The notes: a model not told the origin generated them from the letters alone. A stretch of DNA of 63,665 bases from a bacterium (GCA_965213685.1 CBDBZY010000042.1:1-63665); one strand, 5' to 3'. Positions 49,681 to 59,860 are shown, counted from the stretch's first letter. Made by a program: numbers and translations.

Positions 49681-50433
49681 ATGCCAGTGAAAGTAAGCAT
49701 CAAGAATCTGCACATGGAATACTATCTGAAGGACAGAAGGGTTCACGCCCTCCAGGACATCAACCTCGACATCCAGGATGGGGAATTCATATGCGTCGTG
49801 GGGCTGTCCGGATGCGGCAAGACCACCCTGCTGAACATCCTGGCCGGCTTCCTGGAGCACACGGCCGGCTCGATTCTGCTGGACGGCAAGCCCATCTCGG
49901 ATGCGGGCCGCATGAACCGGGGCGTCGTGTTCCAGGAATACGCCCTCTTCCCCTGGCGCACGGCGCTGCGAAACGTCGAATTCGGCCTGGAGATGAAAGG
50001 CCTGGGCAAGGCGGAACGCATCCAGAAAGCCCAGGAATATCTGGCGCTCGTCCATCTCGAGAAGTTCACCCACCTCTATCCCCACAACCTGTCGGGCGGC
50101 ATGAAACAGCGCGTCGCCGTGGCGAGGGCGTACGCCTATGAACCCCAGTTCATGCTGATGGACGAGCCCTTCGGGGCACTGGACGCGCAGACGCGGGAGA
50201 ACCTCCAGTCGCTGACGGTCGAGGTGTGGGAGAAGACGAAAAAAACCATCTTCTACGTCACGCACAACCTCAGCGAGGCGGTCTATCTCGCGGACAGAAT
50301 CATCGTTCTGGCGGGCCAACCGGGGCAAATTCACAAGGAGATACGAGTGGACATGCCCAGACCGAGGGACCCGTTCGACCCCAAGGTGGTGGACCTCGAG
50401 CATCAGGCGACCGAGGCGGTGCGCGGCAACTAA
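49681..50433 (+). CDS. Nitrate/sulfonate/taurine-type ABC ATP-binding protein
   Basis: GLSGCGKTT, VFQEYALFPW, LSGGMKQR, MDEPFGALDAQTR, VTH. Confidence 0.92.
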   Translation: MPVKVSIKNLHMEYYLKDRRVHALQDINLDIQDGEFICVVGLSGCGKTTLLNILAGFLEHTAGSILLDGKPISDAGRMNRGVVFQEYALFPWRTALRNVEFGLEMKGLGKAERIQKAQEYLALVHLEKFTHLYPHNLSGGMKQRVAVARAYAYEPQFMLMDEPFGALDAQTRENLQSLTVEVWEKTKKTIFYVTHNLSEAVYLADRIIVLAGQPGQIHKEIRVDMPRPRDPFDPKVVDLEHQATEAVRGN

Positions 50434-50480
50434 TCGGGGGAGCGCGCTTTCGCCCGCAAGATTCGCGCGCCCCGGGAGGC

Positions 50481-50518
50481 GAAAGAGCCGGCCCCCCGAG
50501 CGGGAGCCGGCTCCTTTC
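50481..50518. terminator. Inverted repeat between convergent genes
   Basis: GAAAGAGCCGGCCCCC-CGAGC-GGGAGCCGGCTCCTTTC. Confidence 0.6.
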
Positions 50519-50627
50519 CTGTGGCTACCGGTTCTGTTCGCTATCTATATCGCCGCCTCTTGTCGGATGCGAGAGGCGACGCCTCCCTAGCAGCTTTTTT
50601 GTGCGCCTGCTGCCGCTCTCGTTCGCG

Positions 50628-51500
50628 CTACCGCCGCTGGCCGCCGACCTCCTCCATCATGCCCCACTTCACGACGGTCACCTTCTCGAATTTCTCGAAG
50701 ATGAACTTCTCCATCACGAAGCCGACGAAGGCGATGGCCGCGATTCCCACCAGCATGAAGGCCGTATCGAGGTCCTCGCGGCTGTCGAAGATGGCGTATC
50801 CCAGCCCCCAGTCGCTCGCCGCCACCATCTCGCCGGCGATGCCGGCGCGCCAGGCGCGCGCCAGGCCGATGCGGATGCCCGAGAGGATGAACGGCAGCGA
50901 GCCCGGGAAAATGACCTTCCAGAACAGCGTCATCCCCTCCGCGTTCATCGACCGCGCCGCCCGCACCCAGATCGGATTGATGGTTTTCACTCCCGTCCAG
51001 GTGGAGGAGATGGCGGGCAGCGCCGCGGCGAACGCCGTGATGAAAATCATGGTGGTGTTGCCGAGACCGAACCACAGGACGAGAATCGGGCTCCAGGCCA
51101 GGGCCGGTATGGGCAGAAGCATGCTCATGATGGGAATCATGAATTTCTCGAACCAGCCGACGCGGCCCATGGCGATCCCGATGGCGATGCCCACGATGCC
51201 GGCGATGATCATCCCCACCATGATCCGCCATGCGGTGTGGTAGGAGTGCACGCAAAGGACACAGGTAGTTTCGCCGGACACCAGAAAGGTGACCTCGTAG
51301 AAGCGGTGGAAAATGGGAAATACGCGCGGGAACAGGGCGGGTTCGCCCACGAACCAGGCGATGAGCTCCCAAATCACGAGCACCGCGATGAAACTGGGGA
51401 TGTTGTCCCTGATCCACATCCAGACCTTCTCGCGCGCGGTGTATTCCGTAGGCAGCCTGACATCGTCCCTTCTGATTTCACTCGTTGCCGTGGCCATCAA
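50628..51500 (-). CDS. Nitrate/sulfonate/taurine-type ABC permease
   Basis: PIPALAWSP..LWFGLG, RAARSM, PGSLPFILSGIRIG..AW, EM, GLGY. Confidence 0.9.
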   Translation of the reverse strand: MMATATSEIRRDDVRLPTEYTAREKVWMWIRDNIPSFIAVLVIWELIAWFVGEPALFPRVFPIFHRFYEVTFLVSGETTCVLCVHSYHTAWRIMVGMIIAGIVGIAIGIAMGRVGWFEKFMIPIMSMLLPIPALAWSPILVLWFGLGNTTMIFITAFAAALPAISSTWTGVKTINPIWVRAARSMNAEGMTLFWKVIFPGSLPFILSGIRIGLARAWRAGIAGEMVAASDWGLGYAIFDSREDLDTAFMLVGIAAIAFVGFVMEKFIFEKFEKVTVVKWGMMEEVGGQRR

Positions 51501-51665
51501 TCAGCCTCCCAAATCACGCAAATCTCCAAACTCCGGATACGTGCCCCATCCGCAACCCGGGGGATGGAGCCATCCTCTCCGCCTTCGGCTTCATCGCAAG
51601 AACGCCATTTTCACAAAAATAGCCTCTCAAGTCAAAATATCCCCGCGCTTCCGCTCCGGAAGAGC

Positions 51666-52133
51666 CTATCGCCCGTTTTCCGCCGACGCTTCTCCCCCCG
51701 GCTCGGGGCCCTTTTCGGCGATCTCCCGGAACCGGGCGGCCACGCTCTCGCTGGCGCCCGCGCCGATATAGGCGCCGTAGGTCGAGGCGTCCTCGGCGAC
51801 TCCCTCGATCTCCCAGGCCGTATCCTTCGCCACGACAAAAATGACGTCCTCATCGTCCGCGGCCACCATGCTGTGCAGCGCATTCGCCGGTATGTGAATG
51901 ATCCCCCCCGCAGGGACGGTTTTGCGCTCGCCCTCGATCATCGCCTTCAGTTGGCCCTGCTGAACGAGAATGAACTGCTCGTTCGGATGGCGATGCGGCC
52001 TGCTCCCCGTGCCGGCGGGCTTGTGGATGACGCCGAATATGATGCGCTCGCCGTCGACCCAGACGCCCTCGGAGGTGCTGTAGCTCGCCCCGGCCAGTTT
52101 TTGCTCCATCGTCTCGGGATTGTAGAAAGGCAT
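51666..52133 (-). CDS. Cupin domain protein
   Basis: GTGSRPHRHPNEQ..G, IIHIPANALH; GGAGGAG RBS. Confidence 0.85.
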   Translation of the reverse strand: MPFYNPETMEQKLAGASYSTSEGVWVDGERIIFGVIHKPAGTGSRPHRHPNEQFILVQQGQLKAMIEGERKTVPAGGIIHIPANALHSMVAADDEDVIFVVAKDTAWEIEGVAEDASTYGAYIGAGASESVAARFREIAEKGPEPGGEASAENGR

Positions 52134-52294
52134 CGTTTTCCATCTCCTCCAATCGGTGATTCCGAACGCGCGAAAAATAAACGCTCCAGCAGCCCCCCCA
52201 AGTTCGGGGGGAGACTCCACATTCTTCCCGTCGGCCGCCATTCGCCCGACCCGGGCGCCCGGGGCGCAAAGAAATCCGAGGGCTCCGGCGCGTC

Positions 52295-53326
52295 TCAGCG
52301 CATCTCCCGGCATTGCGTGGCGACGGCGAATCCCTTGTTTCCCGCCTCGAGCGGCCCGCTGCAGCGGCTGAAAAAAAGCACGCCGGCGGCGGGGCTGCGC
52401 AGCTCCTCCACCACTTCGAGGCGGAAAGGGTCCAGCATCTCCCCCAGCAGTTCTCCTTCGCTCACCTCCTTCCCCAGATCGGAGAAATGCGTTTTCCGGG
52501 AGAGGAGATAGCCCCCGTTCGATGGGTTCGCCTCGGCCCGATGGGCAACGTCGAAATAGATGATCTTCTCTCTTCTCTCCTCCCCGGAGACCATCCCGAG
52601 GTGGACGAGAAGGTTCCAGAAACCCCGCTCCAGGCTGTCGCGGTAGAGATTCTCCTCGCATTCGGGCAGATAGGCGCCGCCGATTTCCACGCTGATGGCC
52701 GGTATATTTCGGGCGAGCGCATAGCCGGGCGCACTCGACGCGCTCAGGGGGGCGCCGTGCACCATCCCCGCACCACCGCTCGCGAAAGCCATCGCCAGCC
52801 GACGCGCCTCCTCCCCGGCCGGGATTTCGGGGTTCGGGTCCGCATCGACGCGCCTCTGGATTCTTCCCGCCAGCCCGCCGGAGTGAAACTCCACGAGACA
52901 ATCCGCACGATCGATCAGGGTTTCGCGGATCGCGGACGCGAAGCGCTGCGTCAGCGTCCCCGTCGCCGAACCGGGGAAGGCGCCCCAGAGATTCGTCTGC
53001 TCGTGCTGATCCGGTGACTGGCGCGAGAAATGGGCGAACGCGAAAGGGTTCGCCACCGGGATGAGCAGCAAGGCGCCCCGAAAGCGCCGGGGGTCGATTC
53101 GCGCCAGGAGGTTGCGAAGCGCGCGAATCGGCTGCGGCTCATCCCCGTGGACGCAAGCCAAGACGGAAAGGGTGGGCCCCGGCTCCACCCCCCTCACGCA
53201 ATGGAGGGGCAAAGCCGTCTCGGAGCCGGTGAGCATCCGCGCCACGGGAAGGCGGACGTATTCATATGCTCCGGGGAGCACCTCCGCCCCGCCGATTCTC
53301 CAGGCATCCCCCTCCGTTCCGATCAC
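52295..53326 (-). CDS. Succinylglutamate desuccinylase / aspartoacylase (M14) family
   Basis: GPTL..ACVHGDE, PVANP, FPG, FHSGG, VEIGG, SPAAGV; GTGA overlap. Confidence 0.85.
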   Translation of the reverse strand: MIGTEGDAWRIGGAEVLPGAYEYVRLPVARMLTGSETALPLHCVRGVEPGPTLSVLACVHGDEPQPIRALRNLLARIDPRRFRGALLLIPVANPFAFAHFSRQSPDQHEQTNLWGAFPGSATGTLTQRFASAIRETLIDRADCLVEFHSGGLAGRIQRRVDADPNPEIPAGEEARRLAMAFASGGAGMVHGAPLSASSAPGYALARNIPAISVEIGGAYLPECEENLYRDSLERGFWNLLVHLGMVSGEERREKIIYFDVAHRAEANPSNGGYLLSRKTHFSDLGKEVSEGELLGEMLDPFRLEVVEELRSPAAGVLFFSRCSGPLEAGNKGFAVATQCREMR

Positions 53327-54330
53327 GCCCGTCCTTCCCGGACTTCCGCCACGTCGACCACCCGCCCGCTCCTGGCGCTCTCGACGATCGACTCCAGAAC
53401 GGCCACGACCTCCTTCGCGGCCGCCCCGTCCGTCTCGGGTGCGGCCTCCCCCCGAATGCACTTTCCGAACTCCGCTATCTCCTCGGCGAGCGCGTCCCCG
53501 CCATCCACGGACAACTCGCTCCTGCGGGTTTCCTCCTTTTTCTGCAGGAACAATCGCTCCCCCTCGTCCTCACTCCACGCGGCCGCCTCCGTGCCGTGGG
53601 CGGCCGTGGTGCACTGCTTGGGAATGACGTAGGTGGTGTTGATGTATCCGAGCGGCCCGCTCTCGTATTCGAGAATGACGCTCGTCACATCGTCGAGATT
53701 CCCCCTGCCGAGCAGCTTCTTGCTGAATGCGCTCACCCGCTTCACCGGGCCGCCGAGGTATTGGAGGTTGTCCACCATGTGCACGCCCAGCCCCGTCATC
53801 CCCCCGGCCGGGCATTCCTCCGGGTCGTTTCGCCAGCCTCCCCGAGGGTTCTGCCCGTTGGGGTTGGAGAGATTCGCCTCCAGCACATGCACCATCCCCA
53901 ACTCCCCCCGGTCGATCATCTCCCGGAGCCTGCGGTTCGCCCCCTGCCGCCTGCGGTGGTGTCCGACCAGAAGCGTCACCCCGGCCCTCTCCGTGGCGTC
54001 GATGCACGCATTCGCGTCGGCCACGGTCAGGGCGAGCGGCTTTTCGACAAAAACGTGCTTCCCGGCGGAGGCGGCCGCGGCTATCAAGTCCGTATGCGTG
54101 GAATGGGGCGTGGCGAGCAAAACCCCCTCCACCTCGTCATCCTTCAGAACCTCTTCATAAGACTCCGCCGGACGGCACCCGAACTTCCCGGCGAACTCCC
54201 CGCGGGCGGCTTCCGTTCGCGCGAAGCACCGGATGATCTCCACGTTCCCCGCCCTTTGGGCGGCGTTCGCCAGCATGGTGCCCCAGTTGGCCAGGCCAAC
54301 CGACGCCAACCGCGCCTTCTCATGTGTCAT
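53323..54330 (-). CDS. Gfo/Idh/MocA family oxidoreductase
   Basis: ATPHSTH, GKHVFVEKP, GHHRR, GWR, GVHMVD. Confidence 0.9.
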   Translation of the reverse strand: MTHEKARLASVGLANWGTMLANAAQRAGNVEIIRCFARTEAARGEFAGKFGCRPAESYEEVLKDDEVEGVLLATPHSTHTDLIAAAASAGKHVFVEKPLALTVADANACIDATERAGVTLLVGHHRRRQGANRRLREMIDRGELGMVHVLEANLSNPNGQNPRGGWRNDPEECPAGGMTGLGVHMVDNLQYLGGPVKRVSAFSKKLLGRGNLDDVTSVILEYESGPLGYINTTYVIPKQCTTAAHGTEAAAWSEDEGERLFLQKKEETRRSELSVDGGDALAEEIAEFGKCIRGEAAPETDGAAAKEVVAVLESIVESARSGRVVDVAEVREGRA

Positions 54331-54573
54331 GACAGCCTCCGATAGGTTTAATAATGTAATATGCGATATATGCGACCTGAAAGCGGATTGTCCCCGACGG
54401 CGTCATGGGGATGGCGCCGGGTGCCCCGTCGTTTTTTCTGGAACGCAAATTGTCAGGCCCACCAAAAAAGGATACCATCTGCGCTTGGCGTTTCACAAAC
54501 CGGACAGCCCCGTTTTTTCGACTTGCTACGACAACGCCCTCTCCGCGCGACTCGCGGCGGGAGGGGGAAACCT

Positions 54574-54690
54574 CCCGATAGGCCATTTCTTCGTGAAAGA
54601 AAAAGGAGTTTGCTGGTCGCCACCGCCGCCGATACGATGCCCATCATGGGGAGCCCGATAGACCATTTCGTGAAAAAAGGAGTTTGCTGG
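54574..54690 (+). repeat. Imperfect direct repeat (about 40 bp, 2 copies) containing the RBS
   Basis: 54574-54616 CCCGATAGGCCATTTCTTCGTGAAAGAAAAAGGAGTTTGCTGG versus 54654-54690 CCCGATAGACCATTTCGTGAAAAAAGGAGTTTGCTGG. Confidence 0.85.
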
Positions 54691-55518
54691 ATGCCATTCC
54701 ATCGTTTCGAGGAAATAGAGAAAAAAGCCGTCTCGCCCCACCTCTCCTCCGGACAGGGCGCCATCGTCGAGGGGGATTACATGTATTTCTGCCAGGTCAG
54801 CAAGGTGGCCGGGACGGGTTCGCAAATACATTACCACCCCAACGAACTCATGATTTTCCCGATCCGGGGGAAGATCAACGCGCTGGTGGGAAAGGACAGG
54901 AGGGTCGTCTCCCCGGGGACCTTCGTGCACGTGCCCGCGTATGCGCAGCACCAGATGATCGCCACCGAGGACGGCGACATGGATTACCTCTATGTGAAGG
55001 ATCGCTCCTGGACGGTCGTGGGACTGGACAGGGATCAGGTGGTGCCGGACAAGGCCCCCACCGTGGAGGAGATCAACGAGCAATACGATACGGGCGCCAC
55101 GGAAAACCTCGAGAAGGACGCGAGCAGGGCCCAAATCATCGTCGAGGGCCTCAAGAACTCCTATTATCCGATACTCCCCTCCCTGGACGCTCCCGCGTGC
55201 TCCGGACGCCACGCCGTCTGGATAGAGGGGGAGCGGCTCGCATTCGGCTACGGCGAGATACCCGCGGGGTTCGAGGACGCGACCGCCGAGAACGCCCACG
55301 AGCAGTTCGTCTATGTCCTCCAGGGCAAAATAGACGCCCAGGTGGACGATGATCGACGCGAGGCGGGACCGGGCACCATCATCCACATCCCCAAAGGGTC
55401 GAAGAGGAGCCTCTCGTCGGGGAGCGGACAACACGCGCGCTACGCATCGGTGCGGGCGATGCCGAGGCTCGAGGAGATGCTGGCCGAGAAGGCGGCGGGT
55501 TCGGGGGCGCGGCAATAG
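54691..55518 (+). CDS. Bicupin protein
   Basis: GTGSQIHYHPNE..FVHVPAYAQH; second cupin AHEQFVYV..IIHIPKG. Confidence 0.82.
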   Translation: MPFHRFEEIEKKAVSPHLSSGQGAIVEGDYMYFCQVSKVAGTGSQIHYHPNELMIFPIRGKINALVGKDRRVVSPGTFVHVPAYAQHQMIATEDGDMDYLYVKDRSWTVVGLDRDQVVPDKAPTVEEINEQYDTGATENLEKDASRAQIIVEGLKNSYYPILPSLDAPACSGRHAVWIEGERLAFGYGEIPAGFEDATAENAHEQFVYVLQGKIDAQVDDDRREAGPGTIIHIPKGSKRSLSSGSGQHARYASVRAMPRLEEMLAEKAAGSGARQ

Positions 55519-55535
55519 GGCGGAGCGAACCGCAG

Positions 55536-55935
55536 ATGGCGAAGCACCTGGTGTGCAAACTATCCGAATTGCCCCCCGGCGCGCGAAAGATCGTCGAGAT
55601 AGGGGGCCGCTCCATCGGCGTGTTCCACATCAAGAGCGGCCTGTATGCGGTGCGAAACGCCTGTCCGCATCAGGGCGCGCCGCTTTGCCTCGGCAAGGTC
55701 AAGGGAACGATGAAATCCTCCCGGCCGCACACCTATGATTACGTGATGGACGAGCAAGTTCTGGTATGCCCGTGGCACTGCTGGGAGTTCGACATCACGA
55801 ACGGGCGCTCCGTCTTCAACCCCCCACAGGATGCGCGTGAAAACCTACGAGGTCACCCTCGAGGCGGAGGAGGACCCATCCATCGAAACCTATGAGGTCA
55901 CCCTCGAGGAAGGCCTGGTGATGGTGCACGTCTGA
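55536..55935 (+). CDS. Rieske [2Fe-2S] ferredoxin-like protein; one extra C near 55825
   Basis: NACPHQGAPL, CPWHCWEFD; corrected end HRMRVKTYEVTLE..GLVMVHV*. Confidence 0.85.
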
Positions 55936-55964
55936 TTCCTTTTGACTGGAGGGCCTGCGCACCG

Positions 55965-57062
55965 ATGCCCAAAATGGAAAAAATAGAGATATTCCCCGTC
56001 GCCATCCCCCTCACGCACCCCTATAAAAGCGCCACGCGCACGGCCACGCATTCGGAGGACATCGTCGTGAAAATCACCTGCGACGGCGTCTCCGGGTGGG
56101 GCGCCGCCGCGCTCCGCTCGTTTCCCACCGGCGAAACCCTGCGGAGTGCCTACCAAATCCTCCGCGAATACCTCGTTCCCGCCGTCTCCGGCCTGCGCCC
56201 ATTTGACCGGGAGCGCATCGTCCGGCGGATGGACAAGGCCATCCCCTTCCACCATTCCCCCAAGGCGGCGATCGACTGCGCCGTCCACGATCTCCTCGGG
56301 CGCATGCTGGGCTGTCCGGTCCACGATCTGCTCGGCGGAAAAATTCGGGACGAGATGCCCGCTTTCGACATATTGCCCCTCGAATCGCCCGAGAGGACGG
56401 CGGAGCTTGCGGCGGAGTCCATGGCCATGGGCGTCAGGTCGTTCAAGGTGAAGATGAACCGCGATACGAAGACGAGCGTCGCGCGCGTGGCGGCGGCGCG
56501 CGAAGCGGCGGGGGAGGAGGCGCGCATCGTCGTGGACGCGAACATGAGCTGGACGCCCAAGCTCGCCGTGGGAATGTGCGCGCGCATCGAGGAGTTCGGA
56601 ATCACGATGCTGGAGCAGCCGGTGCCCGGAAACGATCTGGAGGGACTCGAATTCGTCACCAAGAACTCGCGCATTCCCATCTGCGCGGATGAGTCCTTTC
56701 GGCCCGACTACCTGGCCGAAATCGCCCGCAGGCGCGCCGCCGACATCGTGAACCTGAAGGTGAACCGGGAGGGCGGTCTGCTCCACGCGAAAAAAGCCGC
56801 CGCCCTCATCGAGATTCACGGCATCGAGGGGCTTTGCGGCAGCGTGATTCACAGCGCGCTGAACGACGCCGCGTGCGCCCACCTTTTCGCCTCGACTCCC
56901 GCGATCGTCTACAACGAGTCCGGCAAGGCACCGGCCTGGCACGAGGAGGACATCGTGGCCGGCTTCGAGGCCGAAGGCGGCGTGGTCAAGGTGCCCGAGG
57001 GGCCGGGCCTGGGCGTGGAGGTGAACGAGGAGGCGGTGCGAAAATTCCGCCTCGACATTTGA
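55965..57062 (+). CDS. Enolase superfamily, muconate lactonizing enzyme / dipeptide epimerase subgroup
   Basis: KAAIDCAVHDL, FKVK, VDAN, LEQP, ADES, NLK, GPGLGV. Confidence 0.88.
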   Translation: MPKMEKIEIFPVAIPLTHPYKSATRTATHSEDIVVKITCDGVSGWGAAALRSFPTGETLRSAYQILREYLVPAVSGLRPFDRERIVRRMDKAIPFHHSPKAAIDCAVHDLLGRMLGCPVHDLLGGKIRDEMPAFDILPLESPERTAELAAESMAMGVRSFKVKMNRDTKTSVARVAAAREAAGEEARIVVDANMSWTPKLAVGMCARIEEFGITMLEQPVPGNDLEGLEFVTKNSRIPICADESFRPDYLAEIARRRAADIVNLKVNREGGLLHAKKAAALIEIHGIEGLCGSVIHSALNDAACAHLFASTPAIVYNESGKAPAWHEEDIVAGFEAEGGVVKVPEGPGLGVEVNEEAVRKFRLDI

Positions 57063-57114
57063 CATCTGACATCTAGGGAGCGCGCGGGCGGCGCCCCGGC
57101 GCGGCGCGAAGCGG

Positions 57115-58261
57115 CTAGAGCTTGTGGCCATACAGCTCCTCGGCGCTTTCATGATAAATGCGGCGCCTCAGCTCCTCGGATATCTCCTGAAAAACCAGCC
57201 TCGGGTTGTCGAAATCCCAGTGCGGATAATCGGACGCGAACAACAGGGTCTTCTCCGCCCTCGCCATCCGGAGAATCTGGCGGTGGTCCTCCCGCGCCGG
57301 AGGCTCCGCGATGGGCTGGGAGGTCAGCCGAATGTGGTCGACGACATATTCGCTGGGCGGACGCTCCAGCCAGGGAACCTCCGCGCGCAACGAGCGCCAT
57401 TCCTGGTCGAAGCGCCACATGATGCTGGGCAGCCAGGCATAGCCCATCTCCTGGAAAACGACCTTCAGCTTCGGAAAACGCACGAACACGCCCTCGCACA
57501 CCAGACTGAGGACATGGGGCCTGCGCCACGGTCACCGCACCGGTGTGCACCTCGATGTAATACGAAGGGATTCCCGTCGGGTTCATCGGCGTGTTCACGC
57601 CCGCCGACTCTCCCGCGCCGTGCATCCCGACGGGCAGGCCCATGGCCTCGGCCGCTTCGTATATGGGATAGAAATGGCGATTGCCCATCAACATGTCCAT
57701 CTGCGGGAGTTGCACCTGCACCACGTCGGGATGCGCGCCGATCCTCTCGATTTCCCGGACCGCGAGCGCGGGGTCGCGCGGGCCGACGTGCATCGCCAGC
57801 TTCAGGCGGGGCTCCTCTTCGCACCATTCATGAAGCAGCCAGTCGTTGTTCGCCGCGATGAACGCGGCCGCCATGTCCGCGTCCGGCAGCCCCCCGATGC
57901 CGAACAGATCGCCGGCGATCAGAACGCCGACGTCGATCCCGTATTTGTCCAGATGATGGGAGCGCAGCATCTCGAGGCTGGAGCCCGGGCGTCCGCCATC
58001 GGGCGGCAGGGCGTCCGGGCGCTCCGCGCCGTGGGGATGGTAGTACCAGCGCTTCGGTATGGAAAACACGTTGCGCGCGGTGCTCGGGTCTTTTGCGGAA
58101 CTGAGCGGCACCACGCCCATGCGCTTGCGCCACGCCTCGGACAGATAAGGGTAGAGCTGGAACATGCCGTTCATCCGCGGATGAATGTCCGCGTCGATAA
58201 TTCTCAGCCCGACCGCATCCGCCGCCTCCCGCGCCGGCGCTTCCAGTCCCGTCTCGTTCAT
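57115..58261 (-). CDS. Amidohydrolase family 2 protein; one extra base near 57517
   Basis: IIDADIH, NDW, YPIYEAA..LPVGMH; then EGVFVRFPKL..E.G..W, FASDYPHWDFD in the shifted frame. Confidence 0.85.
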
Positions 58262-58298
58262 TCCCGTCCCTCCTCGCATCGCAAAGCGCGCGGGCGCC

Positions 58299-59645
58299 CT
58301 ATAGTTCCGGAAACTCCGCGCGCCAGCCCATCTCATCCTCGAGCCAACCCGCCATCGCCAACAGCTTCTCCTCTCCGCAGCGCATGGCGCCGAGCTGGAT
58401 TCCCAGGGGAAGATTCATGTCCCCCCGCCCCAGGGGCAGGGTGAGGGCGGGGTGTCCCGAGAAGGTGAGCGGCTGCAAAAACGCCGGACTGCCCGTGGAC
58501 TCTTCCCAGGGCGGCGGCGCCTCGTCAAAGGCGGGCAGCACCAGCAGATCATACCGGCGCATCATGTCGTCCATCTTCCGGATGAAGTTCGACCGAACGC
58601 GCATCGCCTTCACGTAATGGACGGCGGGCGTCATGTATCCGATGGTCAGGCTCCTGCGCACGTAGGGCGGGAGGTCGTCCCTGCGCGCCGCATACAAATC
58701 CTGATGATACGACGCGGCGTCCACGCAACGGCCGATAAAATGCGCCGCGTTGATCTCCTCCATACGCAAGGGCAGCTCCGCTTCCTCTACGACGACGCTC
58801 CTCCCCCTGATTTGAGACACGGCCCGCTCCGTCCACTCGGAAACCTCCGCGCTGGCCAGGGAGAGAAGTCCCTTGAGATACGCGATCCGCGCAGGCTTTC
58901 GGGGCGCCGCGGCCGCCGGAGGGGGCGGTGCCTGCGCGGCGGCGTGATCGGCCCCGTCCGGCCCGGCCGCCACCGCCAGGATTCTGGCGATGTCCTCCAC
59001 CGTGCGCGCGATGACGCCCACGTGATCGAAATTCCAGGAAACCGTGATGAGTCCCGTCCTCGGAATGCGCCCGTAGGTCGGCTTGAGGGCCGGGGACGCC
59101 GCAAAACGCGGCCGGCCGAAGGGTGGAGCCCGTCGTCTGGCTGCCGAACGCGGCGGGAACCATGCCGGCGCCCACCGCCGCCGCCGACCCGCTGCTGGAG
59201 CCGCCCGGGCTGCGCTCCAGGTTCCAGGGGTTGCGCGTGATGGACGGGTCCCCCCTGGGCGAAAGGCGTCGTCACCGTCTTGCCCAGGGCGATCGCGCCC
59301 GCATCCCTCAGGCGCGCCACGCACGCGGCGTCATCGGCGGCGGTCTCCCCCCGGAGAATCTCCGTCCCCCCCCTCGCGCATGAGACCCCGAATGTCGACG
59401 ATGTCCTTGGCCGCATAGGGCGCCCCGGCCAGGGGGCCTTGCGCTTCGCCGGCGGCCCGCGCGTCGTCCGCCTTCCGCGCCGCCTCGAGTGCGCCCTCGC
59501 GATCCACCTGCACCCAGGCTTTCACCTTCTCCTCGCACGCATCGATGCGCGCCAGAAGAGAGCGCAGCCACTCCGTCGCGCCGAGGGTGCCCTCCTCCAT
59601 CCTGCGCAGCCCCTCGCTCAGCGAGAGTTTCCAGTATGCGCTCAT
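58299..59645 (-). CDS. Amidase signature (GatA-like) protein, several frameshifts
   Basis: [62 protein letters not shown] across frames. Confidence 0.85.
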
Positions 59646-59860
59646 TGGACAACACCCCCGCCGGGCGCGGCTTCGGGGAGCGGCGGCAGAAACGGCTCAT
59701 CGCCCGGCTCCACCGCCATTCCGGAGAGAACCTGCAGCATCCGGGCGCAATCATCCGCCGTTTTGCGGCCAAATGCATCTTGAGGAACGCCATAGATTGC
59801 CGAGGCCATCTCGCTGATTTGCGCCGCTGTTTCCGCGTGGCCTCCCTGCGGTTCGGACAT
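59642..59860 (-). CDS. Small protein coupled to the amidase (possible AtzG/GatC-like accessory subunit)
   Basis: 72 aa; ATGA overlap with the amidase start; GGAGAG RBS; DEP-F near the C-terminus. Confidence 0.55.
   Translation of the reverse strand: MSEPQGGHAETAAQISEMASAIYGVPQDAFGRKTADDCARMLQVLSGMAVEPGDEPFLPPLPEAAPGGGVVQ

Noticed and set aside
48643-50433. Apparent 596-aa extended ABC ATPase
   Set aside because: The upstream part is an alternate frame of the TauE gene; the ATPase starts at 49681 after AAAAGGA
51248-51265. Heme c motif in the ABC permease (CVLCVH)
   Set aside because: It is CxxCxH, not CxxCH
54359-54376. ATATGCGA direct repeat upstream of the Gfo/Idh/MocA gene
   Set aside because: Two 8-bp copies only; could be an operator but cannot be told from chance
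57054-57073. Short GACAT(T/C)T tandem at the MLE stop
   Set aside because: About three 7-bp units with no spacers; too short to interpret and not CRISPR-like
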